From a virus (taxonomy: Duplodnaviria > Caudoviricetes), in IMG/VR virus record IMGVR_UViG_3300031820_000008, positions 1 to 46,358 of that record: DNA of 46,358 nucleotides; one strand, given 5' to 3'. This document shows positions 1-8,737 of this stretch, piece by piece. The position numbers and the translations under genes were made by a program. How positions within the stretch are numbered: the stretch's first letter is position 1; each line of letters opens with the position of its first letter. Under the pieces are notes generated by a model. It saw only the letters and a list, made by a program, of their open reading frames with translations, searched no databases and was not told the origin of the DNA.

Positions 1-1247
1 CACTCGTAGTCCGGCCACTTCTTCTTGGAGTACTGGTACAACGCGTCCTGGTACTTCTTAGCGTTGGGATCCTTGTTTTCCGACGCTGTACGAGCGTTCT
101 GTAACAGCTGTTCGAACTGCGGATCCTTCAACGCCTCCTTGTCCGCGTTGACCTTGTACAGTTTCGCCTGCGCCGTATCGCGTTCAATCAACGCGGCGTC
201 CTTCAGGTCCTTCGGCATCACGAACCCTTCCGGGAACGTTCCGTTCTTCATGAACCGCGCCGCGACCGCCGCCGGATCGTAGCTGGCCTTCTGGTCGGGG
301 GTCATGTTCTCGTTGAAGAACTTCGTGATGTTGAACGCCTGTGCGGTCGTCTCTCGATTGGCGTTCTGTTGCGCAATCCCGTTCGCCACGTCACGCCACT
401 TCTTCTCCAGCACCGCGGTCGTTGGGGGCAACCTCGTTGGCGGCGGAATGTTGTTGTCCGGATCAGCAGACAGCGCCAGCTGCATAATCTGCTTCATGTC
501 CGTGTCGGTCTGTGGGTTGAAGTCCTTGATGAGCTCCGGCAGCAGCTTCCTGTAGCCCTGCGCCCTGAACGCCGGCGTGCCAGGAGTCTCCGCTTCCTTC
601 AACCGCACCGCCAAGTCCGGGCGGAGCAGATCCGTCATGTGCCCCGAGTCCAGGATACTCGGCCCGTACGCCTTCACGGCCTTGGGTATCAGCTTGAACA
701 CGTCCTCCTGCGCCACGTTACCTTGGGAGTCCCGTTGCAACGCACCCAACGCCCGTTCGAACTCGTTCTGGTCAAGCTGCTTGCTGACCTTCTCCTCGGT
801 CTCAGCACGCGTCTTCTCTAGCGCCGCAGTAGCCGTCTCTCGCGTCGTCAACTCCGTTGTACCCGGGGCGATCAGCCGCCGGAACGACGTGTCGAGAGCC
901 GACTCTTGCGCTGGAGTCCTCTTGACGTCCTTCTTCAAGAAGTTCTCCGGCGAGTCGACCATCCACCAGAACTGCTTCCGCAACTCCGGGGGCCCCGCCA
1001 ACAAGTTCTCCCGCAGATCGGGGTCCCCCTTTAACTTCTCCAGGGCGTTGGCCTGCACCTCTGGGAACTTCTGTTTAAGCTCCGCTTTGTGCAGTACCAC
1101 CTTCTCCAGCGTCCCTGTTATATTGCCGATGCCCGACGTGATGGCGTCCGTGAGCATCTTGTTCCGCAGATAATTGGCGTCGTAGTAGTAGTCCTGGCCT
1201 GCGCCCGAACCGTAGTACCCCGCGCCAGTACTTTGTCCGCTAGGCAT
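1..1247 (-). CDS. Internal virion (ejection) protein, partial; runs off the window start
   Basis: ATG at 1247 with GGAGG SD, overlapping the stop of the upstream gene. Begins MPSGQSTGAGYYGSGAGQDYYY; no stop seen in the stretches translated by hand, ending ...KKKWPDYE at position 3. Helical A/Q/K-rich, located in the ejectosome region. Confidence 0.7.
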   Translation of the reverse strand, partial: MPSGQSTGAGYYGSGAGQDYYYDANYLRNKMLTDAITSGIGNITGTLEKVVLHKAELKQKFPEVQANALEKLKGDPDLRENLLAGPPELRKQFWWMVDSPENFLKKDVKRTPAQESALDTSFRRLIAPGTTELTTRETATAALEKTRAETEEKVSKQLDQNEFERALGALQRDSQGNVAQEDVFKLIPKAVKAYGPSILDSGHMTDLLRPDLAVRLKEAETPGTPAFRAQGYRKLLPELIKDFNPQTDTDMKQIMQLALSADPDNNIPPPTRLPPTTAVLEKKWRDVANGIAQQNANRETTAQAFNITKFFNENMTPDQKASYDPAAVAARFMKNGTFPEGFVMPKDLKDAALIERDTAQAKLYKVNADKEALKDPQFEQLLQNARTASENKDPNAKKYQDALYQYSKKKWPDYE

Positions 1248-3120
1248 GCCGCCTCCTGCTCATCTCCTTCGCCGCACTCAACACGATGCCCATCACATCT
1301 ACGAGGTGAATGGACTTCCCATCCCCGGTACCGAACAGCTCGTGCATGTCCTGTGCCATCGGTCCGATGTGACGCGTGCTGTTACCCTTGTACTGCCACT
1401 CGTAGATCGGCAACTTGCGAAGTCGTGGTAGCACGGGCCTCGCCTTCACCACGCGTTCCTTCGCCGCCTTGTCCGACAGCGCACTGGCGAGAAGCCAAGC
1501 ACTCAGCAACCCTGTCCCGCCCGTTATCGCCGCGCTCGCCAGCTGCGATCCGGTGCCCGGGACCTGCTGCTGCTGCGGCGGATAGTTGGTCGCGTACCCT
1601 AAGGCACTGTTCATCCAGGGGCTCGGCGCCTGCATCCGCTGGAACTCACTGTACGCAGCCTGCTGGTTCGCCTGTTGCGTCTGAATGTCGAGCGCGTTCG
1701 CACTCAGCAGGTTCCGCGTCGCGTCATTCGTCACGCCGCCGTACGTGTTGGCCTGCTGCGCGATGTTACTTGCCGCGCCAAGCCTCAAATTCCCGAGGCC
1801 CTGCGCCAGCTGTCCGCCCGTTCCGTAGGCGCCTGAGGCGAGACCGCCCAACTGCCCGAACGTGCCAGCACCAGTCGTACCTAGGCCGCCAAGTGCGCTG
1901 CCTCCCGCCTGCAATGCCTGCACACCGCCAAGTCGGTTCTGTTGTGCCTGCAGAATAGAGTTCGTCAGGTACTGGCTCTGGTTCTGAGCCATCTGTGCGT
2001 ACCCCTGACTGGCGCCCCGCGCGATAGCCTCGCTCACATCCGTTCCTGCGCCGAGACCCATCTTCCCGTACTGTTCCCGGAGCTGCGCACTGTTCTGGGC
2101 GATCTGTAGCGCCGCGTTCTGTTGGATCGCGTTAAGTCCCGTCTGCAACTCAGGCAACCCACCGGTCTGTGCGATCTGCGCTGCCTGGGCGTTGCCTGCG
2201 CCAAGCGTACCCGCTGCCTGTCCGCCAAAGGCGCTCATCCAGTTCGCGCCCTGGTTGGCGAACCCGAGGCCCTGCTGTACCGCGCCCTGCCCCATCGCCG
2301 CAATGCCTTGCGGATCCCCGAACTGCGCGTTCATCGCACCTTGGGCAGGAGCCATGTAGTTCTGCACCTGTCCAGGAATGCCCCAGGCCATGTCCTTCGG
2401 CTGCTGCAGCCCCTCAGTACCCACGCTCAGCGGACCACCGTACGCAGTCGGGTTGCCGCCTGTCCGTCCTAACACGTTCTGCATCAGGCTGCTGATGCCA
2501 CCACGTAACGCCGCCAAGTCCGGTGGTAACGTTCCCGTCCCGCCCGGTTGCCAGTTACCAAACGCACCGTAGGGTCCCGGACTCGGACCTGATCCGCCGC
2601 CGCCAGGCCCAGGCGTTGGTGACGACGGATTATCCGGCCCAGGCTCACCTGCGTTACAGACCCAGCCACCGCCCTGACAGACCCAGTGACCGCTAGGGCA
2701 CGGTAGGCTCGTTGGCTTCGGAACCCCGGTGCAGTCCGTTGGCCCACCTGGTGTTGGGTACGGCGGTGTTGGATCCTCCGTGCCCTTGCCAGGATCCGGC
2801 GGATCGTCCTCTTTTCGGCTGGGCGAAAAGGTCTGCCCCTGCATTGCACCACCACGGTCCCGTTGCGCCTGAGCCTCGGGGCTCATGCCGTAGGCCGGTG
2901 GTACGAACCCTGTGTTCATGCTGTAGGTCGACATCCCGGTCTGAGGACTGAAGCGGCCGGGAGCCTGCTGCTGCTGCTGCGCGCCAGCCGCCGCGGCTTG
3001 GTCTCCGCGGACTAGACCGTCGATCTTTGAGAGGCGGTCCAGTTTATCGGAGGCAGCTTGATGGTACGGATCGTACCCTAGATAACCCGCCCCGAAGAAG
3101 TCGTCGCCTGGGACTGCCAT
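1240..3120 (-). CDS. Gly/Gln/Ala-rich internal virion (pilot/ejection) protein with C-terminal peptidase S74-like intramolecular chaperone domain
   Basis: 626 aa. C-terminus LSDKAAKERV...LRKLPIYEWQYKG...HIGPMAQD matches the S74 pattern (SD..K, Y.Y, G.AQD). The body is low-complexity G/Q/A. Confidence 0.7.
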   Translation of the reverse strand: MAVPGDDFFGAGYLGYDPYHQAASDKLDRLSKIDGLVRGDQAAAAGAQQQQQAPGRFSPQTGMSTYSMNTGFVPPAYGMSPEAQAQRDRGGAMQGQTFSPSRKEDDPPDPGKGTEDPTPPYPTPGGPTDCTGVPKPTSLPCPSGHWVCQGGGWVCNAGEPGPDNPSSPTPGPGGGGSGPSPGPYGAFGNWQPGGTGTLPPDLAALRGGISSLMQNVLGRTGGNPTAYGGPLSVGTEGLQQPKDMAWGIPGQVQNYMAPAQGAMNAQFGDPQGIAAMGQGAVQQGLGFANQGANWMSAFGGQAAGTLGAGNAQAAQIAQTGGLPELQTGLNAIQQNAALQIAQNSAQLREQYGKMGLGAGTDVSEAIARGASQGYAQMAQNQSQYLTNSILQAQQNRLGGVQALQAGGSALGGLGTTGAGTFGQLGGLASGAYGTGGQLAQGLGNLRLGAASNIAQQANTYGGVTNDATRNLLSANALDIQTQQANQQAAYSEFQRMQAPSPWMNSALGYATNYPPQQQQVPGTGSQLASAAITGGTGLLSAWLLASALSDKAAKERVVKARPVLPRLRKLPIYEWQYKGNSTRHIGPMAQDMHELFGTGDGKSIHLVDVMGIVLSAAKEMSRRRHA

Positions 3121-3581
3121 TCCGGTTTCTCACTTCTCAACATGCCCAGCACGTGCAAGTCCTGCACTCCTGAGCCGTCGAGCCACGCGTTGCGGAGTAC
3201 GCCCTCTTCACGGAATCCGCAACGGGTTAACTGCGTTCTCAGCGGTCGATTCGCCGCTGGTACTATCGCCTGCAGCCTTTGCAAGTCGAACATGTCGAAC
3301 GCGTTCCCACAAAGGTACTGTACTACATCCCGCCGATCCCGACCGAACTTCTTGTCCCAGAAGACCACATTCACGTTCGCACAGAAGTGCAACTGTATGC
3401 CCGTTAGGTACCACAGCCCCACCTGTCCCAGTCTCATGAAGTACGCGTCCGGCCTCTGGGTGAGGTGCGTGATGAACACCTGCGTCGGTTCGAGGGGCAG
3501 CCCGGTACCCGCGTACTGGTTGATGATCTGCGTCGCCTCGTCGATGCTGTTCTCGCTCCAGTGTAGCGGAGTGCAGTCCAA
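3078..3581 (-). CDS. GNAT (RimJ/RimL-like) acetyltransferase
   Basis: FDLQRLQAIVPAANRP...CGFREEGVLRNAW...DLHVLGMLRSE is the RimL-type C-terminal signature. Start placed at TTG 3581, just after the upstream stop; the ORF track start is 3683. Confidence 0.75.
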   Translation of the reverse strand: MDCTPLHWSENSIDEATQIINQYAGTGLPLEPTQVFITHLTQRPDAYFMRLGQVGLWYLTGIQLHFCANVNVVFWDKKFGRDRRDVVQYLCGNAFDMFDLQRLQAIVPAANRPLRTQLTRCGFREEGVLRNAWLDGSGVQDLHVLGMLRSEKPEWQSQATTSSGRVI

Positions 3582-3586
3582 CAGAC

Positions 3587-3955
3587 TCAGCTTTGCAACA
3601 CGCCGCTCACCGCCGGCAGCACGAAGATCTTCACTGACTGGTTCGCTGCGCTGCAACGTACCGTCATCGTGTTGTTCGTCCACGCGCCTGCTCCTCTATT
3701 CACAACCCCCGTTAACGGCGGGTATATTACAAGGAACCCCACCGGCACGGTCCCAAGTCCGTGGGTCACTACGAAGTCGGTGTTAGCTGCTCCTGTGTCC
3801 GCGATAGTAGCCCACGTACCCATCACGTTGTCGCTGAACGTCCCATCGCCGAAGCCCAGACCACCGTCCACAGCACGCCACAACTTAAACAGCCACTCTC
3901 GCAGTAGCGCTGCGACCTGTACCTGTTGTAGCGGGATCGGTCCGCCTAGCTTCAT
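3587..3955 (-). CDS. Tail-associated virion protein
   Basis: 122 aa with VTHGLGTVPVGFLV, a motif common in phage tail proteins. Translationally coupled to the upstream gene. Confidence 0.6.
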   Translation of the reverse strand: MKLGGPIPLQQVQVAALLREWLFKLWRAVDGGLGFGDGTFSDNVMGTWATIADTGAANTDFVVTHGLGTVPVGFLVIYPPLTGVVNRGAGAWTNNTMTVRCSAANQSVKIFVLPAVSGVLQS

Positions 3956-5517
3956 GGCGACACCAACTCAGCGCTCGGCTCAATGATCGGGTGGAACGAT
4001 AACAGACGGGGGCTCTGGTCCAGGCCCGCGTCCTGTATCCGGAACGCTATCCTGTTCCCCGTCACCTGTTGCCAAAACACCATATCACTGATTTGTCCAA
4101 CAAGACCGTCACCTCCCATAGTAGACGTGTACGGGCCTTGCCAAACCCCGCCATCGACGCTGTAGTATAGCTGCAACGTGATGGGCGACCCTGTCTCCAT
4201 ATACGTTACGCCAACGCCCCGGATGGTAACCTTGTGCAGTACCCACTCAGGTCCGTAGTCCACCCCACGGTAGTCTCGGCTAGTCCAGTACGCTACGATA
4301 GGCGTACCGTTATCATTGCTGGACAACTGACTCCAAATGTACACCTTACCGTCTAGCCCGCCCGTTATCAGGACCGGTGTATTCGCACTCAATCCACGAG
4401 TGTCGAACTGCCAGTTCTGTTGATCAATCGTTCCGACCAACGAATCAATAGTACTGTTCGTTTCCACCCTGTGCATCGTACCGGCGAGCATGAGTGGCGG
4501 AGTGATCCACTTGTACCAGATTTTCCGCACGTGGTTGTACACCCAGACCGTGTCCGGTGCCGTGCCCGCCGTCGTGTACAGGAACATCATGTACTCAGGA
4601 GTGTCGTGCAGGATCACGGCCCAGTTGTTCTTCGCGTTCGGCCCGTCCAGCGTCCTGAATAACAGCTCCCGTATCGGCGTCGCTACACTGACCGCTTGGC
4701 TGCCGTTGAACTCGTACACATCGTCGTTGCCGAGGAAGATGTGCGTGTTATTCCGCCCCTGTAACGTGTAGCTACCGTACAGCCCGATGTCCGTCACTAC
4801 AATGTCGAACTGGGCGGGCGGCAAGATACCGGTTCGCGTCGCAACGATGGCGCTTCGCTCGGTATACACCACCAACTGCTGCAGCAGTGACCTCATCCCC
4901 TTGATGAAGTACGGTTGCTCCGTATTGTCCCTGAACCCGCTCCCGATGCCGCCCCAATCCGTGTGGTCGCTGTTAACCGGCCACCTCGTCCTGAACGGCT
5001 TCAACGCTCCGCCCTCCACGGTGAGGGACGCGTACAGCCGATCGGCGAACCGTGCCAGATAGAACGACGGGAAGCTCCCAGCACTCAACGCAGCGTAAGT
5101 ACTTCCCGCCAACGGCAGCGACATGATGTTGTCGATGCCCTGGCTAAACACGAGGCAGTTCTGACTGACCTCAAAGCTGAACCTGTCGTACGTGCCTCCG
5201 GTCAACGCGGGTCCCGTCTGCTTGTTCCAGACACCGCCTCCACTGCTCCACTGGTACACGCTAGCCCTCGTGGTGGCGAACAACCGCAAGTTGCCCGCGC
5301 TATCCAACAGGCTGTAGATCCCGGTCACCGGTCCGTCTAGTGCTGCAGCACCGGCTGGAAACTGTGCGTACCCCGCCCTCTTCACCAACGCGCCCTGGAT
5401 CACGCGAAAGTTCTGCATGTCAGGCGACGCGCCCTCAGGTATGTCCTGAGCGCTATCGAAGTCCCACTGACCCTGTATCGGTCGGACCGTTAGCGTTTTG
5501 GGCGGCGCTTCGTTCAC
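3952..5517 (-). CDS. Tail nozzle / packaged-DNA stabilisation protein (P22 gp10 / T7 gp12-like)
   Basis: 521 aa, beta-rich. N-terminal IPEGASPDMQNFRV..GALVKRAGY, VWVYN....WYKW and IVAYWTSRDY are typical of this class; position follows the adaptor gene. Confidence 0.7.
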   Translation of the reverse strand: MNEAPPKTLTVRPIQGQWDFDSAQDIPEGASPDMQNFRVIQGALVKRAGYAQFPAGAAALDGPVTGIYSLLDSAGNLRLFATTRASVYQWSSGGGVWNKQTGPALTGGTYDRFSFEVSQNCLVFSQGIDNIMSLPLAGSTYAALSAGSFPSFYLARFADRLYASLTVEGGALKPFRTRWPVNSDHTDWGGIGSGFRDNTEQPYFIKGMRSLLQQLVVYTERSAIVATRTGILPPAQFDIVVTDIGLYGSYTLQGRNNTHIFLGNDDVYEFNGSQAVSVATPIRELLFRTLDGPNAKNNWAVILHDTPEYMMFLYTTAGTAPDTVWVYNHVRKIWYKWITPPLMLAGTMHRVETNSTIDSLVGTIDQQNWQFDTRGLSANTPVLITGGLDGKVYIWSQLSSNDNGTPIVAYWTSRDYRGVDYGPEWVLHKVTIRGVGVTYMETGSPITLQLYYSVDGGVWQGPYTSTMGGDGLVGQISDMVFWQQVTGNRIAFRIQDAGLDQSPRLLSFHPIIEPSAELVSP

Positions 5518-5519
5518 GG

Positions 5520-6041
5520 CTACGTCTTTTGGCAGACCAGGAACTGGATGTACGGCGCGTTCGTATCCGCAACCGCACCCGCGTTGTTAATGGTGATCGC
5601 GCCGTTCGTCACCGTGATCGCGCCAGCGGACGCGGCCGTCGTAGGCAAGCTGTTCGCCACGTTGCCCAACTCGGGTCCACCCAACGCCGTAATGCCACTA
5701 GCGAAGTTCAGCGTGCTATTCGGGTGCTGATGGGTGCCCTGCGACGCTGTGGTCGTAGCCTGTGAGTTGGTGTGATTGTGCTGTCCAACCGGACGGCTTT
5801 CCAAATCGCTGGTAAACGCCGTCCCTCGTACCCCCGCTAAAGAGCCGCCGGACTGCAACCCCACAATGTACCGCCCTCGTGCCGCAGTAACCACGGTCCA
5901 GCCGGCAGGACACGCCGTAGCGTTGAAGTACAGGATCGCGTTCTTCGGAACCGGCGTACTCGCGGCCTCTGCCGGCCTCACGACGTTGTACAAGATCAGG
6001 GCGAGGACTGCACTGAGCAGCCCCGTCAACAACATCCTCAT
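5520..6041 (-). CDS. Tail-collar-like fibre protein with hydrophobic N-terminus
   Basis: FNATACPAGW...GRYIVG, H-x-H motifs and C-terminal PYIQFLVCQK. ATG at 6041 overlaps the upstream TGA (ATGA). Confidence 0.6.
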   Translation of the reverse strand: MRMLLTGLLSAVLALILYNVVRPAEAASTPVPKNAILYFNATACPAGWTVVTAARGRYIVGLQSGGSLAGVRGTAFTSDLESRPVGQHNHTNSQATTTASQGTHQHPNSTLNFASGITALGGPELGNVANSLPTTAASAGAITVTNGAITINNAGAVADTNAPYIQFLVCQKT

Positions 6042-6832
6042 ATCATGTCCCACTTTCCGCCGGCAGCATCGGCATAAAGCATCGTGGAGTCGTACTGCGA
6101 GCTACTGAACACGAAACTGTTTACACCGGCAATGGTATCGGTACCATTACCCTTAATGGTGATGTCGAACCCGTTCTTGTTGATAAGTCCGATCCGCTTC
6201 CCGCCGTTGCCCACCACTGTAGGCAACTGCACCGTGATGCCTGCCGCAGTGAAGTTGTAAATCGTCTCCACTGACGCGGAGAAGTTCCCACTCTGATCGG
6301 CGCCGTACGAGATGAAGGGATTCGGCCCAGTCGGCGGAGCTGCCCAGACCTGGTCACCACGGAGGAACGTAGTCGCGTCAGCCGATCCGCCAGCAAGACG
6401 CGCCGTCGGTACAAGTCCCGTGGCAATGGCAGTCGCCACCAAATTCGTAAGCCCGGACCCGTTTCCGGTAATCACCCCGTCCTGGTCCACGCTCATCTTG
6501 CTCACACCGCTCTTCTGCAGGTCTATGAGCTTCGACGTAGCAGCGGTGTTGTTGATGAGCAACCCCGTGGCTGCGCTACCTCCCAGGTTCATCATCTGGC
6601 CGGCGGGCGCAGCGATGTTAGTCCCGGTCAGGTAGGCCACCGTCACCGCACCGGTCGCATCCACGACGAGGCCGCGGTGCCGTCCGTCATCCGTTTGGTT
6701 CACACCGAAGTAGTGCTGTATGTTCAGCCGCTCTCGGATGTCCAGCTTCAGCTGCCGTATCACATCGTCGATACTGCTCGCCAACGCGGTGCCGAGGGGT
6801 TGTGTCTCGTCCCAAGCATTGGTAGCAGGCAT
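6038..6832 (-). CDS. Tail fibre/spike protein
   Basis: 264 aa. N-terminal WDET.P......IDDVIRQLK.DIRERL anchor, with GNGSGLTNL and TTFLRGDQ.W fibre motifs. Confidence 0.6.
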   Translation of the reverse strand: MPATNAWDETQPLGTALASSIDDVIRQLKLDIRERLNIQHYFGVNQTDDGRHRGLVVDATGAVTVAYLTGTNIAAPAGQMMNLGGSAATGLLINNTAATSKLIDLQKSGVSKMSVDQDGVITGNGSGLTNLVATAIATGLVPTARLAGGSADATTFLRGDQVWAAPPTGPNPFISYGADQSGNFSASVETIYNFTAAGITVQLPTVVGNGGKRIGLINKNGFDITIKGNGTDTIAGVNSFVFSSSQYDSTMLYADAAGGKWDMI

Positions 6833-7461
6833 TAGTAGGTCCTCACTTGGAATCCCTGCATCCAGTTCGCCAGCTTCGCCTTGTTCACGGGCAGATTGTT
6901 GACCTCAATCCACTTCAGCGCGAACTGCGCCTGCTTCCCCGCCTCGTCATAATCCCGCACCGTGCCGAGGCCGATGATGCTGGCGAACATCGGAATCAGC
7001 GGGTCCAGCACGCTGTCGAACACGGCGCTGTTGCCCGCCACCAACTCGACGGGCTTCTTCTTGTACCACATCTGAAACGTATCCCCACTCACACTCTTCG
7101 TGTCGAGCACCACCTGACCACCGAACCAGTAGTACCTGAATGGCGGCCCGGCCGGCTTACCGGTGGCGTACGAGTCCACATTCTCGATGTCGTCCCCACG
7201 CAGAAATTGGCCCGCGTTGCCCGACAGCTTGATCTTGATCGGCCACCAAAAATCCGCCGGGGTGGGCGTGAACCTGTCCGAATCTGCGGCGTTCGCTTGG
7301 TTACTCACGTAGCCTTGCAACGCGGCGTCGTCCATCATCCCCGAAATAACGTAGTACCCGTCGTTGATGAAGAACGCACGCATCGTGGCCGTGATATCCG
7401 ACCTGTTCGCGAGCTTCAGTTTCAGCTCCGCGTCAAAGTCGGCGAAGGTGCGCCTGGCCAT
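6832..7461 (-). CDS. Head-tail adaptor (tail tubular protein A-like)
   Basis: 209 aa with FFINDG, G.P..Y and WYKKKP motifs; position upstream of the nozzle gene. Confidence 0.6.
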   Translation of the reverse strand: MARRTFADFDAELKLKLANRSDITATMRAFFINDGYYVISGMMDDAALQGYVSNQANAADSDRFTPTPADFWWPIKIKLSGNAGQFLRGDDIENVDSYATGKPAGPPFRYYWFGGQVVLDTKSVSGDTFQMWYKKKPVELVAGNSAVFDSVLDPLIPMFASIIGLGTVRDYDEAGKQAQFALKWIEVNNLPVNKAKLANWMQGFQVRTY

Positions 7462-7697
7462 TACAAGTCACCACTGTCGATGGGTAGCTGCGTATTCGGA
7501 CGCTCCAGCGGCAAACGCAACCTCCGCCGTTCGGCCGCGTACCCGCGCTGGTCGTGGCAGTGGTTGGTGCCGATTCCCTGGCACACGATCAAGCCCCGCT
7601 GCACCAGTACGCGGGACTCGGGGTAGTCGTTACCGCACCTGCCACAAGTGTACCATCGTTCCCTACGTCGATGGTTTGTCATTCGTGTGTCCAACAT
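7461..7697 (-). CDS. Small Cys-rich (Zn-binding) protein
   Basis: WYTCGRCG..YP....L..QRGLIVC...C.D; stop overlaps the adaptor start. Confidence 0.55.
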   Translation of the reverse strand: MLDTRMTNHRRRERWYTCGRCGNDYPESRVLVQRGLIVCQGIGTNHCHDQRGYAAERRRLRLPLERPNTQLPIDSGDL

Positions 7698-8082
7698 CGG
7701 CCACCAGTTCTTTCACTTCTTCCTTGTCCCCAATCCGCGTCCGTTCCAAGCCCGTCCTAAACATAGCCGGCGGTCTCTGCCTCCCGAAGTAAAAGCCCAC
7801 CACGAGACCGACGATGGTCCACCACTCAGGGGGTAGACGCGTGTTGGCCAGCCACATCACGCCAGCGCACGTAGTCACCACGACCAACACGGCGATGGCC
7901 GACTGTGTGTACTCCCAAACCGTGTTGAAGCGCTTATCACTACTTGCCGTAAGCGTACGAGCGACACGTTGTACCTCGCCCAACATGGCGCGTTGGTACG
8001 CAGTGAGCTCTCCGTCGTCTAGCGGGAGTTCGTCTACCATAACGTAGTCCTTTAAGCCTACCTCACCTCGAGGAGCCACCAC
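7663..8082 (-). CDS. Two-TM membrane protein, holin-like
   Basis: Hydrophobic segments AIAVLVVVTTCAGVMWLA and WWTIVGLVVGFYFG; GFYFG followed by a charged tail. SD GGAG..GGA upstream. Confidence 0.55.
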   Translation of the reverse strand: MVAPRGEVGLKDYVMVDELPLDDGELTAYQRAMLGEVQRVARTLTASSDKRFNTVWEYTQSAIAVLVVVTTCAGVMWLANTRLPPEWWTIVGLVVGFYFGRQRPPAMFRTGLERTRIGDKEEVKELVADVGHTNDKPST

Positions 8083-8117
8083 CGAGTCCCTTCTCCCAGA
8101 AAGGTTGTGAGGTAGGC

Positions 8118-8411
8118 TTAAAGCACCCTAAAGTAGACGTTGCAGTTCGCGGGAATCGTGTCGATGTACGGACGATCGATCCACTCCCCGTCGCCACCAC
8201 TGAAGAACACGTCCGCGTCCTCATTGGCGTTCTGCACGTAGTGGTCCACCAGGATCGCCCCGCTCGCTGCGCCACGCTGCCTGATGAGTAGGCGCGCCCC
8301 CGGCGTTGCACCGGTGCCCACAAGGCGGATGCTGCTGCACTTCACCGGATAGTTCACGGTGTCAGCTGCCGCGGTCATGATCAGGATGCGTGCGCTTCTT
8401 GTGATAGCCAT
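8118..8411 (-). CDS. Small beta-rich virion protein
   Basis: 97 aa with GAGG SD; lies in the head/tail gene block. Confidence 0.55.
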   Translation of the reverse strand: MAITRSARILIMTAAADTVNYPVKCSSIRLVGTGATPGARLLIRQRGAASGAILVDHYVQNANEDADVFFSGGDGEWIDRPYIDTIPANCNVYFRVL

Positions 8412-8497
8412 CCAGGCCTCATTTCTTTTGTGGTCAACGGTGAGGCCGAGCTAGCGTTTCACCAAGCCCGGCTCCCGGCCGTCCCTGCAGCGTAGCG

Positions 8498-8692
8498 CTA
8501 CACGGCGCCAACTGTCTCAGTTGCCCCGCGATCTGTCGCCTCGTGGCGATATCGCCGGTCGGCACCCTCCGGAGGAGTGCTTCCAACGCGATCCGCTGCG
8601 CTGAGAGATTTTGTGAGTTCAAGTTCCGCCTGCAATGTGGCGATCTGGAATACCAGGTCGCCGATGATGTACTTCAACTTCGCTTCAATCAT
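8498..8692 (-). CDS. Hypothetical coiled-coil protein (possible fibre chaperone)
   Basis: MIEAKLKYIIGDLVFQIATLQAELEL; its SD is supplied by the variant repeat GTAGAGGGACTAA; follows the fibre gene. Confidence 0.55.
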   Translation of the reverse strand: MIEAKLKYIIGDLVFQIATLQAELELTKSLSAADRVGSTPPEGADRRYRHEATDRGATETVGAV

Positions 8693-8696
8693 GCAC

Positions 8697-8722
8697 TTAG
8701 TCCCTCTACTTAGTACCTCTAC
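8697..8722 (-). repeat. Two tandem copies of the 13-bp junction element (GTAGAGGTACTAA + GTAGAGGGACTAA)
   Basis: Plus strand reads ttagtccctctac ttagtacctctac, between the fibre gene stop and the next ATG. Confidence 0.95.
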
Positions 8723-8737
8723 TTCGACGGAGCCCCG

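Noticed and set aside
3078-3581. GNAT in the tail module as part of the DNA-modification system
   Set aside because: An acetyltransferase between the nozzle and ejection-protein genes is a common podophage arrangement and is unlinked to the que cluster.
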